DNA of 64,000 nt from a virus: positions 64,001 to 128,000 of IMG/VR virus record IMGVR_UViG_3300027782_000037; one strand, given 5' to 3'. Of this stretch, positions 16,544 to 24,577 are shown piece after piece; position 1 is the first letter of the stretch, and every line of letters begins with the position of its first letter. Below the pieces are notes generated by a model. That model worked only from the letters and a program-made list of their open reading frames with translations, was not told where the DNA came from and did no database searches. The translations under genes were made by a program, and so were the position numbers.

Positions 16544-17896
16544 ATGCCTAGACTCAGCCTATACCGCCCAAATCGAACCTACGACTATCAATTTTTGGAT
16601 AGAACCATATCCGAAAAGTATACTGTTGGTGGCGTCGACGTATTTGTACACAAATACATGGGGCCGATTGTGGACACAACCGACAATCCCGGCAACGCCG
16701 ATGCCACTTTGCCCGTGTACACTTCTGAAAATCCTTTGTTTATTGAGGACTTATTGCTGCTGGAAAACCGAGACAGAGCGTACGACCCCAACATTTACAT
16801 CATGCGGGGCGTCTATACACACCAGGATATCAATTTTGATTTGACTCAATTTGGATTGTTCCTGCAGAACGACACGCTATATATTACGTTTCACTACAAC
16901 GATATGATTGATTCGTATGGGCGTAAATTGATGACTGGTGACGTGCTGGAATTACCAAATTTGAAAGATTACTATCCCTTAAACAGTAATATTACTAGAG
17001 CATTGCCCAAATATTATGTTATACAAGGTGCTGATTACGCTACTGAAGGCATGAGTCAAACGTGGTTGCCACACACTTGGCGAGTCAAGGCCACTCCCAT
17101 GGTGAACGCACAAGAATACAAGCAGATCATGGATCAAACACTGATGCCGGACAATATCTGGGATAACGGAAACTTTTACCCCCAGGGTATGGTAGTGAAC
17201 AACGGGGGAAAATATTATGAAGCCACACTCAATGTTCCTCCCGGTACTGACATTACCGATCCTAAATACTGGGCGTTGATTGAGAAACCAACTACCCTAG
17301 GTGACGTCAATTCAACACGCAACAAAGACCTACAGATCAATGATGCGCTGGTAGTACAGGCTAATATAGATGTGCCTCAGTCAGGTTACGACAATACTGC
17401 GTTTTATATATTACCCACTACCCCCAGCGGAGAACCCAGCAGTGAAGGGCTAAGTGCTGATCAAACTGGGCCCACTGTAGATGGAACGGAATCAGGTGAA
17501 GGTACAACGCCACGTAGTTTTGGATGGACCATGGGATACTTGACTGGTGATAACAAGGCGCCCAACGGACTGCCAGTTACTCCCGGAGCCAGCTTCCCGT
17601 TAGTGCCCGCAGCCGGTGATTATTGCTTGAGAATGGATTATTTTCCTAATCGACTGTTCCGTTTCAACGGCACAGCGTGGATTGCCATCAGTGATGATGT
17701 GCGTACACCATTAGATTGGGGTCCGGAAAATCTTACACAACGCAGTTCGTTTGTCAATAATACATATACTGTACCCACTAAAGATCAAGGTAATATTCCT
17801 TCCCGTCAGTCGTTATCCGAATTACTTAAACCACAAGCTGATAATGGTGACCAAGGTGGAAACTTACCACCTAACCCAAGACCTCCAGGTCGATAA
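16544..17896 (+). CDS. gp14: Neck/head-closure protein (gp14-like) with inserted CBM5/12-like module
   Basis: MPRLSLYRP..DY.F.D..I.E....GG; L.QFGLFL.ND....FH; GDVLELP; upstream of gp15; WDNGNFYPQG.VV...GKYYEA...P....T...YW insert. Confidence 0.7.
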   Translation: MPRLSLYRPNRTYDYQFLDRTISEKYTVGGVDVFVHKYMGPIVDTTDNPGNADATLPVYTSENPLFIEDLLLLENRDRAYDPNIYIMRGVYTHQDINFDLTQFGLFLQNDTLYITFHYNDMIDSYGRKLMTGDVLELPNLKDYYPLNSNITRALPKYYVIQGADYATEGMSQTWLPHTWRVKATPMVNAQEYKQIMDQTLMPDNIWDNGNFYPQGMVVNNGGKYYEATLNVPPGTDITDPKYWALIEKPTTLGDVNSTRNKDLQINDALVVQANIDVPQSGYDNTAFYILPTTPSGEPSSEGLSADQTGPTVDGTESGEGTTPRSFGWTMGYLTGDNKAPNGLPVTPGASFPLVPAAGDYCLRMDYFPNRLFRFNGTAWIAISDDVRTPLDWGPENLTQRSSFVNNTYTVPTKDQGNIPSRQSLSELLKPQADNGDQGGNLPPNPRPPGR

Positions 17897-17907
17897 GGAG
17901 AATTAAA

Positions 17908-19308
17908 ATTCAAAGTTATTTCTACGACGGACAAATACGCCGCTACCTAACACAATTCGCCCGTATGTTTTCAGGATTCCAAGTGGAATTCGGGCGCAAC
18001 GAAGCTGGTGCAGCCAATACAGGTGACACATTATACCGTGTGCCGATTAGATACGGCGACAGTACACGGCAAGCTCAGACTATTTTACAAGAGAATAGTG
18101 CTAGTAATATGCCAGCTACTCCCTTGATGACATTTTGGATTACAGGCTTGGACTTTGATCGTCCTCGTATGCAGAATCCCACGTATGTGGACAACAAATC
18201 TATTCGTCAACGCGAATATGATCCCACCACCGGCTTGTATGAAACAACACAGGGCAATGCATTTACAGTCGAACGGTATATGCCTGCACCATACAAACTA
18301 TCCATCAATCTTGATATTTGGACATCAAATACCAATCAGAAGATGCAGATTTTAGAACAGATTTTACCCTTGTTTAACCCCAGTTTGGAAATACAAAGTA
18401 CAGATAATTATTTGGACTGGACTAGTTTAAGTATTGTGGAATTAGTATCGGCTGGGTGGAGTAGTAAACAAATTCCCGTAGGAACAGAAGATCCTATTGA
18501 GATCAGCACTATTAAATTTGTACTGCCAGTATGGTTATCCTTACCCGCCAAGGTCAAGAAGCTGGGCGTGGTGGAAACTATTATTGCTTCAATATATGAC
18601 GGATCAGGTGATTTAGTCAACGCTATCGCCGACAGTGATCTACTACTGGGCACACGTCAGTACATTACGCCTTTTGGTTATCAAGTAGTGCTAATTGGCA
18701 ATAAATTACAAGTACTGACACAGTCTGCGGTGGTTGATTCGACCAATAATCAGTTGACACCGCCTGATCCTGTTGAGCCCAGCAATGTATTATGGACACC
18801 AGTTTTAAATATGTATGGTGGAATTCGGCAGGGAATTAGTTTGATAGCACTACGTCAGGAAGATGGTAGTCAAGTCTATGGTACTATAACTTTTGATCCC
18901 ACTAATGACCAATTTCTACTGTATTCCGTAATCGAAGACAGCGTTCCTGCCAATACACTTGCACCAGTTAACTCGGTAATTAATCCTCGTGTCAGTGGTC
19001 CCGGTCAAGGATTGCCTACTGCTGCGGCTGGTCAACGTTATCTATTAACTGAATCTACCGGCAGTGACAATGGGTACGCACAAGCCTGGGCAGGTTCCAT
19101 GGGACAGATATTAGTCGCCCATCCCAATGACATTATAGAATATGATGGCGCACAATGGATAGTTTCTTTTAATGGTGACTCTAGTCCTGTAAATACTCAG
19201 TACGTGGCCAATATAACTACAGAGATCCAATATCGGTGGACAGGTTATAATTGGGTCAAGTCATATCAAGGGTTATATCCAGGTGGAGAATGGAGTCTTA
19301 TAATTTAA
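17908..19308 (+). CDS. gp15: Tail sheath terminator/stabiliser (gp15-like) with C-terminal extension; probable ATT start
   Basis: AAGGAG-7 nt-ATT CAA AGT TAT TTC TAC (IQSYFYDGQIRRY), in frame with ATG 17965; VPIRYG, PAPY.L...L.IW, QILEQILP.FNP are gp15 motifs. Confidence 0.8.
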   Translation: MQSYFYDGQIRRYLTQFARMFSGFQVEFGRNEAGAANTGDTLYRVPIRYGDSTRQAQTILQENSASNMPATPLMTFWITGLDFDRPRMQNPTYVDNKSIRQREYDPTTGLYETTQGNAFTVERYMPAPYKLSINLDIWTSNTNQKMQILEQILPLFNPSLEIQSTDNYLDWTSLSIVELVSAGWSSKQIPVGTEDPIEISTIKFVLPVWLSLPAKVKKLGVVETIIASIYDGSGDLVNAIADSDLLLGTRQYITPFGYQVVLIGNKLQVLTQSAVVDSTNNQLTPPDPVEPSNVLWTPVLNMYGGIRQGISLIALRQEDGSQVYGTITFDPTNDQFLLYSVIEDSVPANTLAPVNSVINPRVSGPGQGLPTAAAGQRYLLTESTGSDNGYAQAWAGSMGQILVAHPNDIIEYDGAQWIVSFNGDSSPVNTQYVANITTEIQYRWTGYNWVKSYQGLYPGGEWSLII

Positions 19309-19739
19309 AAACTGTTTCAGCAGTTGGTATTTGGTTTTATAGCCAAGCCACAAATCGTTATCTATATCTTATTCGCAATGACCCCAAACATCCAGATTCC
19401 TGGGGATTACCCGGGGGTAAAATAGAATCAGGTGAAAGTATCATGGCCGCCATGGTACGTGAATGTGAAGAAGAACTGGGGGCAATGCCTGATTATATTC
19501 GACTGATACCTCTGGAAAAATTTACATCAGCTGATAATGGATTTTGTTATAACACATTTTTCTGTGTGGTCACTGGTGAATTTACTCCGGTATTGAATGA
19601 CGAACACTTGGGTTATGCTTGGATTGATTCGGGCACATGGCCCAAACCACTTCACCCTGGGCTATGGAGTACCGTAAATTTTGAAGCAGTGCGCAGTAAA
19701 ATAGCGGTGATTCAATCACAACTTCAGACATCACAGTGA
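19290..19739 (+). CDS. NUDIX hydrolase
   Basis: Nudix box WGLPGGKIESGESIMAAMVRECEEELG; LNDEH..Y.W. Confidence 0.92.
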   Translation: MESYNLKTVSAVGIWFYSQATNRYLYLIRNDPKHPDSWGLPGGKIESGESIMAAMVRECEEELGAMPDYIRLIPLEKFTSADNGFCYNTFFCVVTGEFTPVLNDEHLGYAWIDSGTWPKPLHPGLWSTVNFEAVRSKIAVIQSQLQTSQ

Positions 19740-20386
19740 CAGACAAAGTCCCTATGATCCATGGTGCGGGTGTTGGGTAGAGATAACCAATCGGCGGGCA
19801 TATTATGTTTATTACCCACAAAAGTAAATATTGTGTTGCTGTATGACTCTACAATCCCTGTAACTTGTCTTATCCAGTCGCTAGTTCCCGAGGGCATTTC
19901 TTTGTTGTACCCTAGGGTATAAATTTCCGTGTGTCCGTCAAATGCTGCAAGGTAAATGGGTAATACTTCCGTACATATTGCGGGCTGTAGTGGAATCAAA
20001 TAAAATTCGCCAGGTTGACGAATACAATTTCTAGAGGTGGTATATACAATATTACTGGCGGAATATTGATTTTCCACCAAGGGCTGTAGGTTGTTGATGT
20101 CAGTATCTACTGTAAAATCCAATCGCATCTGCTGTGCAATTTTGGCTGTCCCATATGTCTGTAGCTTTAAACTACCCAGCAACCCACCACGATGAGTTGA
20201 TAATACTCGATGATTGAATTTTTCTTGGTCATCATCACTGCCTATAGCCACGGCACGACCCGAGATATGTTGATTAACAATCGGGTTATCAATCCATGCT
20301 TGGGTTATCTGTTTTTTACCACCAGAAAATTTAGTTTCTGTAATTACCAACTCGCCTGGATAATCCTTTCTGTATCTAGCTTCCAT
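19724..20386 (-). CDS. Putative Maf/DUF115/GT29-like glycosyltransferase-fold protein
   Basis: Start MEARYRKDY at 20386; pattern RAVAIGS...YG......DF.V.D...LAAFDGH.EIY.LGY; degenerate. Confidence 0.45.
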   Translation of the reverse strand: MEARYRKDYPGELVITETKFSGGKKQITQAWIDNPIVNQHISGRAVAIGSDDDQEKFNHRVLSTHRGGLLGSLKLQTYGTAKIAQQMRLDFTVDTDINNLQPLVENQYSASNIVYTTSRNCIRQPGEFYLIPLQPAICTEVLPIYLAAFDGHTEIYTLGYNKEMPSGTSDWIRQVTGIVESYSNTIFTFVGNKHNMPADWLSLPNTRTMDHRDFVCHCDV

Positions 20387-20387
20387 A

Positions 20388-20768
20388 TTATTGAATATAC
20401 TCAACCCATGATAATGTTGCTTCATCCCAATAATATAAATTTCCATCAGTGGGATATGGAACTGGTGACGACCATAACCAAGTTGGGGCTGATATACTCC
20501 AACTAGGATAAGGTTGTGGAGCATAAAATACATCATTTATGTCGTCATATGTGTATCCAATTCCAGCATAATTTGCCCGTAATGCTTTAGATTGATCAGG
20601 GCCAGGTTCTCTGGGATAAACATTTGGAACGTAATAAATTCCACCTTCAGTATTATAACTGGTTTGTACCCAAAGTTCACCTGTTGATGAGTACGATGAA
20701 GATTGTTCTTCAGTAACTGACATTACTTCAGTTACTATGTTATTTTCTACTTTAGCGTAATATGGCAT
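20388..20768 (-). CDS. Small Trp/Tyr/Pro-rich partner (assembly-chaperone-like) of Gly-rich adhesin
   Basis: Start MPYYAKVENNIV at 20768; WVQTSYN..ANYAGIGYTYD..DVFYAPQPYPSW..PVPYPTDG..Y.WDE. Confidence 0.7.
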   Translation of the reverse strand: MPYYAKVENNIVTEVMSVTEEQSSSYSSTGELWVQTSYNTEGGIYYVPNVYPREPGPDQSKALRANYAGIGYTYDDINDVFYAPQPYPSWSISAPTWLWSSPVPYPTDGNLYYWDEATLSWVEYIQ

Positions 20769-20784
20769 TTTAATTTCCGTATCT

Positions 20785-21855
20785 TTATGCTGTGTAAACA
20801 GTATTAGCAGTAAATCCCAGCACAATAGCTGTGCCTGTGTTGGCGTATGTATACGTTCCGCTTACATTACCATTACCCGGATAATTAGCGATAGGAATAG
20901 ATATAACTATAACACCAGATCCGCCAGCACCGCCTGTGCCGTTGTTAGCACCACCACCACCACCACCGGTGTTGACTGTGCCTGCTACTCCGGTATTTCC
21001 CCCGCCACCGTTACCGCCTGTACTAGTTGTCGCTGATCCTGCTGCTCCGCCGCCTGCTAGCCAGTAGTTACCAGAGATTAATTGGCCAGCTGTTGAACCT
21101 GGAATCTGATTAATTATGCCAACTCCACCTGACGCTGTACTTGCTCCATTTGCACCTACACCACCTGCACCACCACCGCCGCAGAATACTGCACTGGAGT
21201 TTGATCCACCATTAAAACCTTGGCCAGGAATTCCAGGACTTAATGCTCCATACGAGCCATAGTTATTTTGACCGCCTAACCCGCCGCCAGAACCTCCTAC
21301 GTTTGCCCCTGGCCCAGCGCCGGATCCACCACCACCTGATCCGCCAATTGCTGTGATTCGTGATAATGATCCTGTTCCAAATGTACTATTTGATCCAGCT
21401 GTGCCAGGACCCGATGATGTGCCACCTGCACCGCCTGCTCCTATGTTGGCAGTATAAGCAGTACCTGGATTTAATGTGTATGCTGCAAAAGACGCGACAC
21501 CGCCTGCTCCGCCACCGCCACCTAAAAATGCACCACCGCCTCCACCACCTGCGACTACAGCCACAATTATATTGTAAGCTGCTGCGCCGGTATTAATATT
21601 TGCCCACGCTCCGTTGGTATACGCTTCTAGTAAGTTTGATGTGTTACTATATCTAATCATACCGTTAGCAGGACTTGCGGGTCGTTGTGCTGTATTACCC
21701 ACGTTTAGAGTAATAGCACCTGTGCTGTTTGCCGTAATATTTTGACTATTATTGATATGTAATGCTGCTGTTCCGTTAGTTTGAAACTGTAAATTACCAC
21801 TGTTATCTACAGTTTCTACTAAACCTGAACTATTTGCGTTGATTATTGTTGTCAT
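20785..21855 (-). CDS. Glycine-rich (polyglycine) adhesin/fibre-tip protein
   Basis: N-terminal GNTAQRP..GMIRY module, then VAGGGGGG...NTGGGGGG...GGSGVIVIS Gly-rich domain. Confidence 0.75.
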   Translation of the reverse strand: MTTIINANSSGLVETVDNSGNLQFQTNGTAALHINNSQNITANSTGAITLNVGNTAQRPASPANGMIRYSNTSNLLEAYTNGAWANINTGAAAYNIIVAVVAGGGGGGAFLGGGGGAGGVASFAAYTLNPGTAYTANIGAGGAGGTSSGPGTAGSNSTFGTGSLSRITAIGGSGGGGSGAGPGANVGGSGGGLGGQNNYGSYGALSPGIPGQGFNGGSNSSAVFCGGGGAGGVGANGASTASGGVGIINQIPGSTAGQLISGNYWLAGGGAAGSATTSTGGNGGGGNTGVAGTVNTGGGGGGANNGTGGAGGSGVIVISIPIANYPGNGNVSGTYTYANTGTAIVLGFTANTVYTA

Positions 21856-22130
21856 GATATATTAGCCCATGCTGAATTTATATATCCTTCAAGTTTTGAC
21901 GTAGTGGTATTGTATCTAATCATACCATTTGCTGCGGGGGAAGGACGTTGTGCTGTATTACCAACTGGAACTGTAAATGCACCTGTTGAGTTGAATATTA
22001 TGTTTTGACTTGTGTTAATTGTTAATGCTGTGTTACCATTTGTTTGAAGTGTGAGGTTACCAGTGGCATCTCCTGATTTGGTAAGAGTGCCAACAGTTGC
22101 GTCTGATTGTAAGTTTATAATTGATGCCAT
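21852..22130 (-). CDS. Stand-alone fibre docking module (paralog of the 20785-21855 N-terminus)
   Basis: GNL.LQTNG..AL.IN.SQNI..NSTGA.T..VGNTAQRP....NGMIRY...LE.Y...AWANI shared with neighbour. Confidence 0.75.
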   Translation of the reverse strand: MASIINLQSDATVGTLTKSGDATGNLTLQTNGNTALTINTSQNIIFNSTGAFTVPVGNTAQRPSPAANGMIRYNTTTSKLEGYINSAWANIS

Positions 22131-22135
22131 ACTGG

Positions 22136-22141
22136 TATTTA
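22136..22141 (-). promoter_or_regulatory. Late promoter TAAATA-N5-ATG (leaderless)
   Basis: cTAAATAccagtATG(22130). Confidence 0.7.
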
Positions 22142-22182
22142 GCTGATATTAGCTGGATTAATTATTACTGCCTTATACAAAA

Positions 22183-23745
22183 TTATACAAAAAAGAAGAA
22201 GTTTGTAGAATTACTGGTTGTAAACACTATCACAATGGCGCCGCCGCCGCCAGCACCACCGCCCAAGATGGTGCCACCCCCGCCGCCACCAAAGCTACCG
22301 CCTGTGCCCCCAGGATAACCGCCACCGCCGCCTCCTGCACCTGCGCCAGCACCTGCTGAAGTTAGTTCTGTGCCTGCGGCACCTGAGCCCGCCGCGGTGA
22401 AACCGGAGACACCTGCACCACCAAGACTTCCACCTCCACCATTACCACCGTTGTTTGTGCCAGTTGCAGGTCCTCCTGCTTGTCCAGCTCCCAATGAACT
22501 GGCAGCTCCCCCACCTCCACCTGTTTTATTTGGTGTAGCAGCACTAGCAATACCATCACCACCAGCCCCGCCATTGAATGTGGCACCAATACCGCCAGCA
22601 CCTCCTGCAAATGTGGCACCCTGAACGCCGCCACCGCCACCACCAGCGGAATATGCACCAGCGTTAAATGTCGTGGACCCACCAGCACTACCATTGGCCA
22701 CGGTCGAGGGCGCCGCCCCACCAACTCCTATGCTGTAGGTAATTGTTGCTCCTGGAGTTGCAACAAAATTATTGATAACTGTACATCCACCGCCACCTCC
22801 ACCTGATGCTCCTGTGGTGGTGAGGTTAAATTGCTTCTGGGCTCCACTGCCACCGGCACCAAATAAAATAATTTGATTTTTATTGCTCCAATCATTGGGC
22901 ACCACAAAAGAAGAACCAGAGTCAAACAATGAGTTTGAAAAGTACGTAATTACAATAAGACCAGAGCTGGCACCACTTGGATTAGTTCCAGACCCAATAC
23001 CTCCGCCATATAAGCCAGAGGCACCAGCAAATGAAAAATTTGACGGTGAACCAAACCTTCCGCCGCCACCACCACCGCCAGATCCATAGTTTGTTGAGCC
23101 AGAAGACGTAGGGATAGTTGCAATATCAATACCATAACCGCCAGTTCCCGGAAACGCAGATTGACCAGAAGTCGTTGAATAACCCGCACCACCGCCTGCG
23201 CCGTTTGCGCCATTGCCTCCAAAACGATCTCCAGCAACACCACCTAATGTTCCATTAACAGAAGTACCTCCTCGACCTCCAGGATATGTATTTCCATTTC
23301 CACCTGCAGTGCCTCCTCCGTTGCCTCCGCCGCCGCCACCGTAAGTTCCACCTGCGCCACCTGCCCCACCAACTCCGCCGGGGCCACCCGCACCGCCACC
23401 ACCACCGCCTATCCCTGCCCCACCCGCACCGCCATTGAATGTGGATCCAATTCCTCCGGTTCCGTCGGCTTGCCCGCCTCCGGCTGACCATATGCCTAAG
23501 GTGGTGGCTGCACCATTGGTGTTGGCAGTTAGTAGGGAGCTCGTAGCGGAAAAATTTAAAACAGTTCCGGGTGTTAGTACTGCGTTAACTACACGAGTAT
23601 AACCACCGCCGCCTGCGCCATTGCTGTTTGCTGGAGGACAACCCCCTTGACCTATTAATTGAATAGTATTGTTAGTGTTGTTCCAGTCACCCGGTACAGT
23701 CCACGTCCCAGAACTTGATACAAGCACTACGTATCTAGTACTCAT
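22183..23745 (-). CDS. Tandem two-domain glycine-rich adhesin-like protein
   Basis: Two repeats, each starting SG....VP.DW.N.N.I.L.G.GG and ending G.IVI..; C-terminus NFFFFV. Confidence 0.75.
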   Translation of the reverse strand: MSTRYVVLVSSSGTWTVPGDWNNTNNTIQLIGQGGCPPANSNGAGGGGYTRVVNAVLTPGTVLNFSATSSLLTANTNGAATTLGIWSAGGGQADGTGGIGSTFNGGAGGAGIGGGGGGAGGPGGVGGAGGAGGTYGGGGGGNGGGTAGGNGNTYPGGRGGTSVNGTLGGVAGDRFGGNGANGAGGGAGYSTTSGQSAFPGTGGYGIDIATIPTSSGSTNYGSGGGGGGGRFGSPSNFSFAGASGLYGGGIGSGTNPSGASSGLIVITYFSNSLFDSGSSFVVPNDWSNKNQIILFGAGGSGAQKQFNLTTTGASGGGGGGCTVINNFVATPGATITYSIGVGGAAPSTVANGSAGGSTTFNAGAYSAGGGGGGVQGATFAGGAGGIGATFNGGAGGDGIASAATPNKTGGGGGAASSLGAGQAGGPATGTNNGGNGGGGSLGGAGVSGFTAAGSGAAGTELTSAGAGAGAGGGGGGYPGGTGGSFGGGGGGTILGGGAGGGGAIVIVFTTSNSTNFFFFV

Positions 23746-24014
23746 TAAAAATTTTCCATGTATTGAGTGTAAAACGAATCAATAGTTTCATCATTTATTT
23801 CTGGTGTGTTTTCTTTAACTAATATTGTGAATTCTTCTTTGGTTAAAGGTACAGGCGCTAAAAATGGATTACCGTCCCATATTTCTCCGATTCTAACTAT
23901 AGCGTTACGCGGAACATCAATATATAAGTACGCAGTATCTTTTGCTGATTCATGCACTGCTACCACATGATTTTCAATCATATTAGTCATTTTGTTAATT
24001 ATTGCAACTGTCAT
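23745..24014 (-). CDS. Small partner protein of adhesin
   Basis: AII......ENHVVA...IGEIWDG; TAATG coupling with downstream gene. Confidence 0.65.
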   Translation of the reverse strand: MTVAIINKMTNMIENHVVAVHESAKDTAYLYIDVPRNAIVRIGEIWDGNPFLAPVPLTKEEFTILVKENTPEINDETIDSFYTQYMENF

Positions 24015-24023
24015 AATTTTTCC

Positions 24024-24566
24024 TTACGAAGAAACTGTTACAGCAACAACGTCCCAAAACGCTACTTGAGAATTGTAGAGACAACCAATGTAATGTGTTT
24101 GCGTAATAACAGTGGTAGTAGGCAATGTTACTCCCACTGCTCTATACGCACCTGAAGTTGTTGTCCAAGTTAACGCTCTTGCTGTACCATCATCTTTAAT
24201 ACGTATCATTAATCTTTGCCCATCAGATGGTGTGCCTGATGGTGCTGCAATTGTTGCAGCAGTTGCCAATGCTGTTACGTTATATTGTGCAGATGTTGCT
24301 GTTGGTGTTATTGTTGTACTAGATGCAATTGAATTAATAACAGGAATAAAAACACCAGTTATAGTTCCAGTCGCTGATATATTGCCAGTGGTCGCCACTG
24401 TATTGTTAACGTTCATCAATACCTGTGATGAGGTTACGGAAGATCCACTCACAGCAACTTGCTTGTACAATCTATTTGTACTGACATCAAACCATTCGTC
24501 GCCCAGTTGTTGCCCACTGGGCTGAGTGTTGGCAGTACGATTTACAATATAAGCTCTACTGCTCAT
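24024..24566 (-). CDS. Fibre adaptor protein
   Basis: Start MSSRAYIV at 24566 after SD AGGA; QPSG..LGDEWFD module; C-terminal APSGTP.DGQRL.IRIKD.GT.RALTW..WDVVAV. Confidence 0.7.
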   Translation of the reverse strand: MSSRAYIVNRTANTQPSGQQLGDEWFDVSTNRLYKQVAVSGSSVTSSQVLMNVNNTVATTGNISATGTITGVFIPVINSIASSTTITPTATSAQYNVTALATAATIAAPSGTPSDGQRLMIRIKDDGTARALTWTTTSGAYRAVGVTLPTTTVITQTHYIGCLYNSQVAFWDVVAVTVSS

Positions 24567-24577
24567 TATCCGTGTCC

